Below are positions 12,807 through 25,942 of a stretch of 64,000 bases of DNA, one piece after another (the first letter of the stretch is position 1; each line of letters begins with the position of its first letter). The DNA is from Perkinsus chesapeaki ATCC PRA-425 (taxonomy: Eukaryota > Protista > Perkinsozoa), in the NCBI GenBank assembly GCA_013115145.1, contig JAAPAO010000026.1, positions 1 through 64,000 on the forward strand. The letters run 5' to 3'. The notes under the pieces are model-generated. The model saw only the letters and a list, made by a program, of their open reading frames with translations. It was not told the origin of the DNA and ran no database searches. The position numbers were made by a program, and so were the translations under genes.

Positions 12807-13389
12807 CTTCCGCAGTCTTTGAAGTGAGTAACAATGCAATAACAGCAAACGAAACTTACGGGACGATCCTTCCAACGAAGGATAAGCTGCCGATTACTGC
12901 GACTTCTAAAAATTGTGCTCCACGTAATGATGCTTCAAGAAACATCTTAGCAATACCAATGAATATTCTGACAAAAGTTATAATGCATGAATGGGTCTTA
13001 TTTTTATTACACCAGCTTAACCCAATATGTAGCATTTTCATATTCTCCTATTCTTCTTACGTTACCACCACTTTCATTATTACTCCTATTGCTGGACGAG
13101 AGCCTTCGCTGTTGCCGATTTGCAGATACAGACGACGAGGATTGGCAGTTGGATTGGCCGTTGCCACCCTCAAGTGTGACAGTGCCCCCTGCCCTTGTTG
13201 TAGTCGCCACCGCTGCACGTCGGTGGGTGATATTTCCACTTGCAACAACCAGAGGTACGCGTTCCGCTGTATCCAGTCTCACATGGTTAGTTAGTTTGGG
13301 CCCTTGGGGCTGCTGGCATACCCCTTCTGAGGTATAACCATCAGTGTGCTAATGATACGAGCATCGGTACCAATAACAACATACATATA

Positions 13390-16300
13390 TTACATTTTGT
13401 AATGTAGATGATGATACAACTTCTAGGGGTGGCGGCATAGCTGTTGATGATAGTCTACCACTAATAAGAGATACCATTATTACTACTTAAACATGATACT
13501 AAAGAATAGTGATGCGTCTAAATATACTCAACATGTTCATAAAGTTAGCAATTGAACATTACTCAATACATTTAACAACAAGCTATACAAACAGCGATGA
13601 AATAAATAGCGATATTTTACAAACAGTTTAAGCAGCGAAAGCTGTACCATTAAACCGACTCAGATGCCGCCATATCAATAATACCTCGCTAGTGGTCGAA
13701 CTATATAATAATATTGCTATTAGGCTGCTTATCACATAATAGGTAAAAGCAAATAGTCAAGGGTAAATTAACATTACTGGAATAGGTGTCCTCCTATTCC
13801 TCCATGATGATGGACTATGGAAGGGGTCTTCTGAATGGGCTTCGTTGGTGGGTGGTGAGTATGCTAATATTCAGATGATGATGTTGTATTATTATTAAGT
13901 ATGCTAATTAACCAATGTATAGCTAACGGTATGAAGGTAATAGGAACAATTATCTGAAAATGAGCATAATACAACATTAGGGTTATATTACATTACTATT
14001 ATTATTATTATTATTATTATTATTACTAGTAGTATTATTGTTAATAATGGTATTTCTCTATTATCCACATATATACCACTTACATTACGTGTACCCCATA
14101 TAACAATAGCCTGTACTATGAAGAATCCAATGCTTCTAAATGCTTTATAGTTACATGTAGCAAGTATATAGTATCTATAACGTATAAGAACAATGATCAC
14201 AGCAGCAATATACTGTTGTTGTTATTATTATTATCATTAATATATTACTCTGTGAGTTGATAATGATGATTTAGTATAGCCAATAGTTGAGTATCATAGG
14301 ATGCTCTACCAATTGCAAACAATATAACCAAAGCAAACAACATAACAAATTGCCCAGATGTCGGATCTTTATTCTTTATCCACTTATCCGGTACTATAGG
14401 GTCCTGAATAGTAATAATGACAGATAATACCAACAAACAGCAGCCCCAGATGCAGCAGAGTGCATATAGGACTACTAGTAGTACTTGGGCAAAGTTCTCT
14501 ATTATCCCTCTATTATTATAGAATATAATCATTCTAAATATGAAAAATAATACAAGTAAGACTGCCCCTATAAGAAGTACCTATAATAATAAGAGTAACA
14601 TTATTAATAACTAGTATTTATAATCTACTAATAATTCTTATTCTTACCGTTCTCGGTCTGACAATAGATTTATACACAGCCATACCCCACATCCACGATG
14701 CCAAACCTTGAACTATGAACAATGTGCCCATTATAAATGGTAGCGCTCTTTGCCCTAGATATGGTGTTACTAAGAATAATGTGAATTCACCATAGAAATA
14801 TGCTTCGACCTGATATCATTATCATCATCAATGAGCCAATGTCAGTTTTTATACTACCATGCCATTCGCAACTATAAGAGGTAGAAGTATTAAAAACACC
14901 CTGTGAGTGAATCCAAATATTAAGTTTTTCCTTATGGATACATTCGGTGGAGGGGATCCTGATAGAAGTAAGAATAATGATGAAAAATAATAATAACGGC
15001 AGCAGCAGCCGCCTCCGCCTCCTCCTCCCTCTACTTTGCCTACCAGGTATAATATCGCTTCTAGGACATGGTGGTACCATATGGAATATGAATACACCAG
15101 ATAATGGGAATAATGCCAGAAACCAGAAGTATATCTCTTTACGACTTAAACAAAAGCAACTGTATGATAATGTAAATATAATAACGATCCCTCACTTATT
15201 AAGTGTCACTCCCGATACTGTAAATATTGTAGTAGAGCTAATAGCAATAATAATAATGCCTGCCATGCCAAACAGAGCAAAATATACTCCGAAGAATCTA
15301 AATGAGATGACTAACACTCATTAGAGTATTGCTGCTGTATATATATTATTACTTTGCTACTACTCTCCCTAATGCAGCTTTGAATTCAAAAGCATTATGC
15401 CATATTGTTTGGGAAGGATCGGCCAATCTAATATCACCAACCAATCCTATTGTTTCACCGATCAATCCATGATGATGATGGTTATGATTATGATGGTGGT
15501 TATCAGTAGTATTATGATTAATACCATCGTTAACCTCTAATGGTCTTGTTGGATCACGGCATTTAAAGTATCTAAGGTCAGCATGTCGATACAGATGTAT
15601 CAATGAGCACGATAAGCCTTCTATGATGCCTTGCCCCCCCACCCACCTCAACCCCGAGTAATTCCAAGGTGGTATTGTTAATTGTAGACAGGGACTTTTA
15701 GACACTTACCAACACTTACAGACCTTACCACCAGCTTACCGCTACACCGACGTTACTATCATAGTACACTACTGTATGTGGTGAAAGAACAACAATTTAT
15801 TTTGCAGCCAAAAGATCTCCTGTTTCCGGAGTTCTTCACTCAAACTGGCTTCATTTAACAGTTGATAATACGTTTAGTCCGGAGTGTGAAGTTATGATAC
15901 CCGATCCTTAACAACAAATGGTCGGAATGAAAAACGATATAATGCAATATATATACGTAATAGATATACAATATATCCTTATAAAGCTTCTAAAGCTATA
16001 CGCCTCATTGACTGTACTCCCACATGTGACTCCATACATGGAGACACCTAGCGGGGTCCTTGAAAGTAATGGTATACGAATGAAAGTATGTTGGGACGTT
16101 GTAGAGGATAAGTATCCCGTCACCGTCATCACACGGCAAGCAACAACCAGTCTACCCAAACTCTGTAATAGGATGAAACTGGATGTTATCACATAGCAGC
16201 CCGTCCCCCAGAGCATCAGCAGCAGCACACTGCCTAACGATAGGACACTTGCACTTGCCGCTGACTATGTCGGGGGGGGACGGCAAAGGATGGGATTTAA

Positions 16301-17261
16301 ACGTTATGTGCTGGAAATTAGAGTCAAACTGATTCTTAATAAATTAACACATGAACAACTTTCATGTTTGTTGTTATTTCAGCAAACGTCTTCCTTGTTG
16401 TTTTGTTCTACTACTACTACATCCCTCATATTGCCTATTACCCGCATCTTCCTATTATTATATAACTACATACCTCCTCACATGGATATAATAGACCAGC
16501 AATAACAGCAGCTATAACATATAATGGTGTATTTGATACAGTATTATCAGCATGATTATTTACATATGCTAGTTGATAACTAATAATAGAAGCAACCATG
16601 TTGAACCTAATTGACCTTATTGTAATGTATGTATTACATATATATAGTTAATGATAATGCTCCCAGTGAGCTTAGGAATTTAGCCTGGCTGTGTACTTCA
16701 AACCATCTATATAACTTAGGTATTACAAAGAATGACATTGGTACTTCCGATCCAAATCTATCAATAATAATAATATTCATACACTATTACCCTATTATCC
16801 TTTATTATTATTACAATATAGCCCTGGAATAATACGCCATATCACCATGCACTGCTGCTTCCAACATGAATGATACTCTTATACCAGCTTCGACAAATAA
16901 TTGTGCTACACCAAGAGTAAAACTAATAACACCAAGAACAATATTAATAATAATAAAGTATTAAACCCAATATCTATTACACTATCTTAATCCAATAAGT
17001 GTAATCTTTATATAAAGCAGCATCAGCATCACCCATTGTTGGTGCCCCTGCTGCTGTACCGCCATCCTCCTCTGATCTTAGACTTGTTGCTACACTATGG
17101 TGCGATAGACGTCGCCGTTGCAGCGCTCTATTCCTTTTATTATCATCACCAGCACCACCAGCACCACCACCAGCAGCACCAGCAGCAGCAATAGGATATA
17201 CCATAGATACATATGATTTATCAGTTAATAATGATGATGATACTCCAGATGATTTACTCAA
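13390..17261 (-). CDS. Multi-pass membrane transporter-like protein, paralogue C
   Basis: MSKSSGV...YWIKIV, LFVEAG, RWFEVHSQAKFL, AGLLYP, CRDPT, RFFGVYF, PPCPRSDIIPG and LGQRALPFIMG. The 3' end is approximate. Confidence 0.72.
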
Positions 17262-17576
17262 CCTCTATAAAGCATTTATATTAACAATCCATTATACAAT
17301 AGCTACCAATAGTTACCTTATTATTATTATGATAATGATGACTATATAGCTGTTGTATATTGCTGCTGCTGCCCCCCGCCACCGCCGCTTCATCATCGTA
17401 GCCATAATCATTGTCATCAGCAATAAAGCCTATTGTCCCTTCTTCCACACCGTTTGTATCAACTTGATTAGAACCTCAGCAAAAATAGATATCAAGTATA
17501 ATATCGATTATTATCATTACTGGATGATGATAGTAATACCTTCGGTACTCCTATACTCATCATGCTAATTGGACAT

Positions 17577-17650
17577 TGGTAAACTTATTCGTGTGGTTAA
17601 AGTGATTGCCTCTCCATCAAAAGACCCCAGTTCAAACCCCGGCCATACCA
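17577..17650 (+). other. Degenerate tRNA-like sequence
   Basis: GTGTGGTTAAAG (A-box/D-loop-like), AGTTCAAACCC (B-box-like) and a 3' CCATACCA. The stems are imperfect. Confidence 0.3.
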
Positions 17651-17764
17651 CTTACTACAACTTATACTCAACAATATAGTATATTAAAAGGAACAACGAG
17701 TAATACATGACATGATAATGGTAGCAAGAGCCAATTAGGATGAGTAAACAGTAAATACAAATAA

Positions 17765-19960
17765 TCAACTTGGCATTGAGTCCTAAGTACATAATGTTAA
17801 ATAATAGAAAAGCTCAATATTATTATTACCACATGATGTAACTGCCTCCTCAATACCCTCTCATCATCATTAGGGTCATGTTCATCCTCCTGTTGTTGTG
17901 GCATAGAATCCTAAGATACTATATATTATCACTTATTCACAGTATGCTGCTATAATTCCTACTACTACCAAGTATTAGAGCTACCCTCATGCTAGTGCCA
18001 TTTATTGGATTCTTTGCAAATGGGTTTAAGTGTAAGCGTTTAAGATATTATCAGTCCGCCGCCCCTGCCCTCATTACCACATGATGTAGCTGTCTTCTTA
18101 ATACCCTCTCAGCATCATTAGGGTGATGTTCCTCCTCCTTCTCCTCCTCTTTTTCTTGTATTGCCTGTGATGATAAACCCTCTAGTGGTATAGAATCCTA
18201 TAAGCAGCAGCAGCAGTTACCTTATACTACTACGGCTGAGCGGCCATTAATTTCATATGGATCGAAAACAACAACGGGCCATACTCCATGGACACTTATA
18301 TACCGACAGACAGAGATATACACATGATGAATCATAGATTGTAGATATTGTTAATCATCACTTTGTACATATAATAGTTCGTAAATATCATATAATAGAT
18401 ATTATATAAGCTCTAATATAAAACCTAACTAGTAGTTCCCGTCGCTTTACTGCTAAGATACTGTTTAATAATACTACTGCTTTACTGCTAAGATACTGTT
18501 TAATAATACTACTGCTTTACTGCTAAGATACTGTTTAATAATACTACTGCTTTGCTCCTAAGATACTGTNNNNNNNNNNNNNNNNNNNNNNNNNNNNNNN
18601 NNNNNNNNNNNNNNNNNNNNNNNNNNNNNNNNNNNNNNNNNNNNNNNNNNNNNNNNNNNNNNNNNNNNTTAATAATACTACTGCTTTGCTCCTAAGATAC
18701 TGTGTAATAATACTACTGCTTTGCTCCTAAGATACTGTGTAATAATACTACTGCTTTGCTCCTAAGATACTGTGTAATAATACTACTGCTTTACTGCTAA
18801 GATACTGTTTGAATTAAACAACCCGGTGATCGTTAAAAACTGGCGTCATGTAGTTAGACGCAGCACCATCCTACGATTTGCTCATACCAGAATGGTAGAC
18901 ATGAGCCTCCACCATAACAACAACAATGCCCCTCGTTGTTGTTATAATTATTACCACATGATGTAATTGCCTTCTTAATACCCCTTCGTGTCCTATTATT
19001 AAATCCTCTACAGTCTTTATACCATTACTATTATCATCACCCTTCACCCCTCCGCCACCGGTATGATCAGCCTCACCAGGACCATGGCCACTACGTCTCT
19101 GATGACGTTATGTATGCCAATATTCCTCAATAGGCATTTACCCACCTTAGTGTTATTCCTGTGTGATGGGCCTTTAGTTCGTTTATTAGCCGATGGACAA
19201 TGGTGTCCAAGAGGACACTAAAGCCTCTATAGCCTTACACTCATATACAGTATTATTACCGTATCCATAACATCTAGACATATATGACAGTTTCTTTTCC
19301 ATAATGCTCCACCTCGTCTCTCTAATGCATTCATTACTTCAGGTGATAGATACTGTAGCATATATCCTACAGTGGTATATTAGCGATTAATACCTTAGTT
19401 GATGGTTTCCATGTTAAACCTCTTGTTGCTTCTGGTAATGACCATCTACCTAGCCTTACCGGTACCACTGAAATAACAACAACCTTAATAATGAGAAATC
19501 ACTTCTACAGGGTGATCATGATGAGTTATGTAATATGGTTATTAAAGGGATTCCCCCCTTATCGATAATTATTGTTATAAACCATATAACAGGTCCAATT
19601 AGTGTATGCTACTACGAGTTCAACGCTACTTTCATGTTTCTAAGGGACTAGAGTGTTACTATCTCAAGGACGGTACTTAGTTTATATGAGGTAGTAGAAC
19701 ATCTAAAGGTATGGACAGGCCCAGTTTCAAGAAGGCTGTATGGATAACTTATGCCCTTTTTAAACGTATGATGGCCCTTAAATATCTTATAATAATACTA
19801 CCCATTACAGCTAATGGTAACTTGTATTGGATTCCATTCTATTCGTTTACTTGATAAACCAGCACCACCATTATTCTTAACAGGTAATGTAGTATAATGT
19901 CTTCTACCACTTATTCTTGCACCATCTGGTTTATCAATATATCTCATCTGCCCTGCTACT
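17765..19960 (-). CDS. Hypothetical protein with Cys/His motif and tandemly duplicated C-terminal exons
   Basis: Exons include KRNCHICLDVMDT, three exons ending VLRRQLHHV and a final DSMPS* (stop at 17765-17767). The start is approximate. Confidence 0.55.
18444..18810. repeat. 35-bp minisatellite spanning an assembly gap
   Basis: Unit TAATAATACTACTGCTTT(AC|GC)T(G|C)CTAAGATACTGT(T|G) on both sides of the N run. Confidence 0.92.
18570..18668. other. Assembly gap (99 N)
   Basis: Run of n. Confidence 1.
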
Positions 19961-20132
19961 GCTGATGATGCTGTGATGGACTATCTCCGCGCTGATGGCG
20001 GTGATGATGACGATGCTGCTGCTGCTCTGGGCGTGCGCTTTTTACATAGCGTGATCGATGTTATATATTTAAACCTTCTTGGCGTCCTTTAACCCTTCTC
20101 CTTGTGGCTAAGGCTCTGCTGCTGGTATAACT

Positions 20133-20776
20133 ATGCGATATACTTACGAACCTCGTAACCCTGCTAAGGCTGTACGTGTCCGTGGATCTGATATCCGTGT
20201 TCACTACAAGAATACCTATGAGGTCTGCCAGGCTATTAAGGGCATGAACCTTAAGGCTGCTGAAACGTAATAGGGTGCTATTCTATATAAACCATCACTA
20301 CCTTTTTAGTTACCTTGAGGATGTTATGGAGCATAAACAGGTTGTCCCCTTCCGTAAATTCTGCGGTGGTGTCGGCCGTACTGCTCAAGCCAAGGCTTTC
20401 AAGGCTACTCAGGGTCGCTGGCCCACTAAGTCTTGCAAGGTCGTCCTTGGACTACTTCGTCAAGCTGAAGCTAATGCTGATTACAAGGGTGTTGATGCTG
20501 AGGGTTTAACTCTTACTCACGTTCAAGTTAATGAGGCTCAGAGAGGTCGTCGTCGTACTTATCGTGCTCATGGCCGTATTGGACCCTATATGAACTCTCC
20601 CGCTCATATTGAGTTTATCTTTGAGCAGGATGATGAGACTGTTGAGAAGCCTACCGAATCCACTAGGGTAATAAGGGTTAATAGGGTGACAGCGGTGGTT
20701 AAGTAGTATGTTTTATTAGATCGTTAAGTTCACCAAGAAGCAGTTCGCCAAGCGTCGCCTCCATATCGGTAACTAA
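20133..20776 (+). CDS. RPL17: 60S ribosomal protein L17 (uL22)
   Basis: Three exons: [30 protein letters not shown]...PFRKF...GRWPTKS...[14 protein letters not shown]...[18 protein letters not shown]. Confidence 0.97.
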
Positions 20777-21117
20777 GCGTGTTGTAAGACGATGATGATT
20801 GGAATAAGCAGCCAATACAGGATAATGCAACAACTAGCAGAGTTTCGGTGGTGCCTAAGCCTCTTGGATACCGATATACATTATATTGTGTTATAGTACA
20901 AGTTAACAACATATATAAAGGTGGAAGGGTATGTATATATGGGTACTACTCATATTGTAATCATGCATCACAATTAGAAAACAGTTGTATCGGCAAAAGT
21001 GTATTATCTCTTCACGTACATACCCCTATTCATGCTCCCTCAACTTGTTACTATTAACACTACATTATTAACTAATGTTAAAATGGTTATGAATAAAAAC
21101 TGTAATGACCATTACTC

Positions 21118-23977
21118 ACTCTCCTCCTTATCTTCTTCATCACTTCTTTCCTCAGTAACATCACATCTTGATGATGTCTGCTTTTGCATTTTATATCTAT
21201 TTATAATAACGATGACATATTACTTTATTATTATTACCGTAGTTGTCTTTGCCTCCTTATTAGTTCAAATTCATCCTTTGGTGCTGGCTCTAACCTATCT
21301 GACTGTATCCCCAATCTAGGTGTTTGTGTACCTATAGATAATACTCTATCATTATTAATATCCCCCCTATTACTACCTTCATCAGATTGTTTCCTATCTG
21401 GTATCAGTGGTACATTGAGATTAATATGTGTATCAGCTGATGACATCCGAACTGACGTCTCTTCCACACTAGCATTCTCCTTCTAATAACAATTATCTCT
21501 CAACTATCATATTTACTATTACCTGCTCCTCCTCCTCCTCCTTAACCACAGCCTTTTCTTCCTCTTTAACTATCTTAACCACTGCCTCAGGTATTCCAGC
21601 CGCTGCTGCTGCTGCTGTTGATGATGATGATCGCCCATTCTAATATATTCATATAGCCCTTCATGTATATTAACTATTACTTTATTATTATCATCCCCCT
21701 CATCTCCTATTAAACCCCTCCAGTATCTGTTACTATAATATATTATATTATAATGTATTATTACTTTTTTTCATTATCATAATACTCCACCATTTTAATA
21801 GCATGTTTAATAGCCTGTCTAAGCTCCTCTGCTGTCTCTACTCCCAATGCTGTTAATAGTGAAGTTGTTGTATTATTATCATTACTGCCCTCCACTTTAG
21901 GTGGTATAATCGGTAAATGGGTCATTGTTACTGTACCACCACCTAAAATCCCTCCATATATAACTACTACTACCTATACCCTACTTCATTACTACTACTA
22001 CCTGGTAACTCAACCGTCTTAGAGGCTGGTAATATATTCTTTTCAGCCCCTTTACCCTCTTCTCCCTTTGCTGTTTTATCCTTACTTGCAGCCGTTGCTG
22101 CTGTTGTCGCAGTGCTGCTACTGCTGCTGTTGTTGGTATCCTATTTGATGACTTACATATCTTACACATACATAATAACCCCCTCACCACCTTCCCATCT
22201 CTTGAGCTTTCAGACTTTCCCCCTTCAGTATTAGCATTACCCTAATACATATATCATTACTATAGCCCCTACTCTACCATACCTTTACCTCCTCCTTCTC
22301 CCGAGTCTGTTGTTGCTGGTGCTGCTGTTGATCCCCTCCCCCTCTAGCTGCTTGTTGTTGTTGTCTAGCCTGTGCCGCATCAGCTGCAGCATTCCTTGGT
22401 GGCTATTAGATATATATAATTAATATTATATTAACCATATTACCATATTAGTAGGTATTTCCGCTCTACATGTTGGACATACTTGTTGCATTACTAACCA
22501 TGATTTAAGACAGTCAATATGGAATCTATAACCATTATATAAATTTATTATTAAACTACCATCCCAGTCACTTACACATGACCACATGGTAGTTTCTTAC
22601 TACCCTCCCATAACTTATCTCGGCATATAATACAGGTATCTTGTTGCTCTAACTCTTCCTTAGTAGCATCTGGAAACCTACCAATAATACGATAATATCG
22701 ATACCCTATACCTTATTACTATTACCTTTCCTCCATATTAGCAGTTATGGCCCTATATTTCCTAAGACTATATAATCTAGTTATCAATTGTTTAGCTATC
22801 TGTAGTATATCAGCTATTGCATAGAAAGGTAATCTAGTCGGGTTTTGGGATAAGAATACCATCATAAAGCACTAATAATAATAAGAAGTAGTAGTAAGAT
22901 TATGATAATAATAACAGTAGTAGTATTATTACTAGATATGTAGTCATTTGACCAACATCACCCCATAGATCAACATGGAATAATAACTGTGTTTTACTTG
23001 TCCAACCATGCTCTAACCTCATATCAATAAGATGTATAATAAACTTAGTTAGTGTTGTTACTAAAGTAAACAGTATTATTACTATTACTAGTAGTAGTAT
23101 TAATATTACATGCTGTTAAACCCATAGTAATAGCCTCGAATAGACACCATGTGTAGAAGGAGGAACGTGAGCTAGATAGACCATAAAAGGTACCTAATAT
23201 ATAATAATATATCATTACTACTACTATAACATATATTTACTTATCCCTATTATATCTAATGTACCAGACATAAATATTAATGCTGCTAATCTTAATAATG
23301 ATGATAAACTTGTAAAACCAAGTTCAAATATCTACACAAATGATATGACTACTTATAATGATAATATTGTTATTATTACATGTCCGACACGTATTTGTGC
23401 CACTAGATGGAATACCTTTAAACATATAGCAAGACATACATACTTCATCAGTTGTACAGTACCAACCTCCTAAAACAATAAGCATCACTAATATTACTAT
23501 TGTTAGTGGTGGTGGTGGGGGGGTATTACTCTATCATTTATAGTAGGTGAATAGAATACCAAGAATAATATGGTATCGGCGACGAACCCACGACCAGAGT
23601 CAATTAGTTGCTACAATTGATAATATTGTTACAATATACCTCAGCTAACACTTACTACCTCAACCTCTAAATCACGCAAATGGCCAACGAATATCTGTAA
23701 TAGGATCTTATTAACAAGTAGTAGGCTTGCTAGAGCGAAGTTATAGATAATCTAAGATGATTATATAAGAATACGGTATGAAGGGATACTTACCGCTAGA
23801 GATATCTTATCCTGTGATAAATGTACTACTATAGGATAGAACTGTTCATACTGTAATGCAGCATGTATTATACATGCCCCAAGTATCTTTAAGATTCAAT
23901 AAATAAGTCTATATAATGCTATAACACCTCCTTACTAATGTGCTTAATATGTAATAAGCTGTAAAGGAGATATGCAT
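21118..23977 (-). CDS. HRD1: ERAD E3 ubiquitin ligase HRD1/synoviolin-like
   Basis: N-terminal transmembrane region (QYEQFYPIVVHLSQDKISLA, KVFHLVAQIRV), RFPDATKEEL and RING-H2 CIICRDKLWEGSKKLPCGH...CLKSWL...CPTCR. The 3' end is approximate. Confidence 0.9.
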
Positions 23978-24109
23978 TTTAGGTATTATATTAGGAGGAG
24001 GCATATAAAACCTATCCTACCTACTACTAAAAATACCATATAATTCAACATAAAGTTAACATAGAAACGTCATAAGTCAAAGAAGCTATTCTTAAGTGGA
24101 TTAGATGCT

Positions 24110-24836
24110 GCTTTATTATTATTCTTACTGCTTCCCCCTCTTAAAGCTTCCCTAGCCTTATTAAGACTACTAGGCTGAGATGTACGTCCAACATTCATTA
24201 ATGAATCTAATCAATAATATCCACACACATTCCATACACTATTACTTTTATTTTTCTTCCTATTCTTCCCTTTAGGATTGGCTGGTGTAGCCTTTGGTAC
24301 TTTTATTATTAGCTTCTCCTTGTTATTTTCCTCCATTATCGTGCTACTTTGACTAGGGGCCATCTAATATACTATTAATAAGATATTCAACAATACTAAT
24401 GCCTTACATCGATCACTTCAGGTTCTATTATACCATTATTAATCCTGGTAATACCATTACATATACCACATTTATATTCAACATATACCCCATTCTTTTT
24501 ACTATGTACTGTTATAGATGTAGTAGTTATGGTTGGTATTATACTGCTACAACATTGCTGACAATACCTTATAAGATAATAATACAATAATATACTAATC
24601 ATTTCAACACATACCGTTCCTTAAATTCATCATGTAATACTATACCATGCCTTTTAGCATGTCTATACATTTCCCTACCGGCATGCCTAGATACCTAATA
24701 TTAATATACCCTATCCTCCTCTCCTTCCTATATTACCATTGGTTCATCTACAGCTAAGCGTTGTGATACTGATGCTAGATAAGCGAGGGTATCCATATTA
24801 AGGCCTTTAACATCATTCATTTTATGTGATGACATA
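24110..24836 (-). CDS. RPP21: RNase P subunit Rpr2/Rpp21-like protein
   Basis: LAYLASVSQRL...VSRHAGREM...HDEFKER-YCQQCCSSIIP...YKCGICNGITRI fits the Rpr2 CxxC...CxxC pattern, followed by a Lys-rich tail. Confidence 0.7.
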
Positions 24837-24948
24837 TTAAGCTGATAAAAGGGTATTAATAAACTTAAACTCGATATTTAACATGGAGTAACAACATATT
24901 ATTATTACAGTAATAATCATGTTAAATGAAGCATAAAGCAATATACTA

Positions 24949-25942
24949 CTATTCCTCCCAATCAAAGCGTTTAGATGTCGAAAATGACCACTTTGGAGGT
25001 CTATTAATATATCCACTAGTATATACACCATACCTATTGATAGCCTAACATATACTATAATATATATTACTTATAAGCAGCTGGGCCTGGTGATATATCC
25101 TTTACAAACCCTCGTGCTGGATCAAGTTCCCTTCGTGGTTGCATACTCCATTTTGGTGTCCCTAATATATAACCTAATATACTGCCTTATTATTTACTAT
25201 ATCTTACATATAGGGCCTTTAGCTGTACAATGCTCAGGCCTATATTGCCCTATACCAGGACCTATTATTAGTATATTATTATACTAGATAATAAGTATAA
25301 CCTATATTTTTAGATTTAGGTGGTGGATGCCTAGATGTCATTGTCCATTTAGGATTCCTTAATAATGTCCCTTCCCCTGGCCTATATTACCATTATATAT
25401 CATATATAATATTATTATTACGTATATGCTCCTGGCCCAGGATTCTTACATACCGGTGGATCTCTAGATGCCCCCATGAATTTACATAATCTAGGCTTAG
25501 ATATAGTAGGATGATCCATGGTTACTGTGCTCCCTGAATTATTTAATGTATATTATTATATATAATAATATTACCAATACTATAATCAGCTGGGCCTGGC
25601 CTCTTTTCCTTTGAGGCAGGATCAACAGTTCTAGGTCGAAGTGAGAATCTATATAGTACTACTATATTATTATAATATATACTATTACGATGGGTTCTGC
25701 TTTATAGTAGCCTTATAGCAATGACTTAGATCAGGTGATAAAGAATCGGTATAGCACATTTTAGGCCTAATATAGTAGTTGATATAATCAATAATAATGT
25801 ATTATTGCCGTATTTGTGCTCCAAAGGTAGTCTTTTGTCTCATAGTCCATTTAGGTGATTCCTTATGTGTTTTCCTATACCCTCTATCTAGGCTCGATAA
25901 TGTGGGCATAGAGGCACTATGACCATCCTTTTTCTTAGGCAT
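24949..25942 (-). CDS. ODF3/SHIPPO-repeat (PGPGxY) flagellar protein
   Basis: Multiple PGPG(A/x)Y repeats and the ending PPKWSFSTSKRFDWEE*. Confidence 0.75.

Larger units (their letters stand above)
6812..12808. mobile_element. Composite DNA transposon with ~175-bp TIRs, carrying Chapaev-like and hAT transposase relics
   Basis: 6814-6990 is the reverse complement of 12632-12806, with 2 substitutions and a 2-bp indel. TCCG flanks both ends (6808-6811 and 12809-12812). Removing the element restores ACT GCG GAG TTT AGC (TAEFS) in the host exon. Confidence 0.92.
2260..13282 (-). pseudogene. Transporter-like paralogue B, split by a TIR transposon (in an exon) and a ~2 kb insert
   Basis: YWVKLV and MFLEASLR lie at 13.0-12.9 kb; AEFSSFLVAPRWFELHSQAKFL, AGLLYP and VHDPT at 6.8-6.4 kb; FHGIYF...GAG and PPCPRSDVIPG at 4.0-3.8 kb; C-terminal hydrophobic exons run to ~2.3 kb. 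The motif order is collinear with paralogues A and C. Confidence 0.75.

Noticed and set aside
18444-18810. CRISPR-like array (35-bp repeats)
   Set aside because: The units are head-to-tail with no unique spacers, and the context is a eukaryotic intron.
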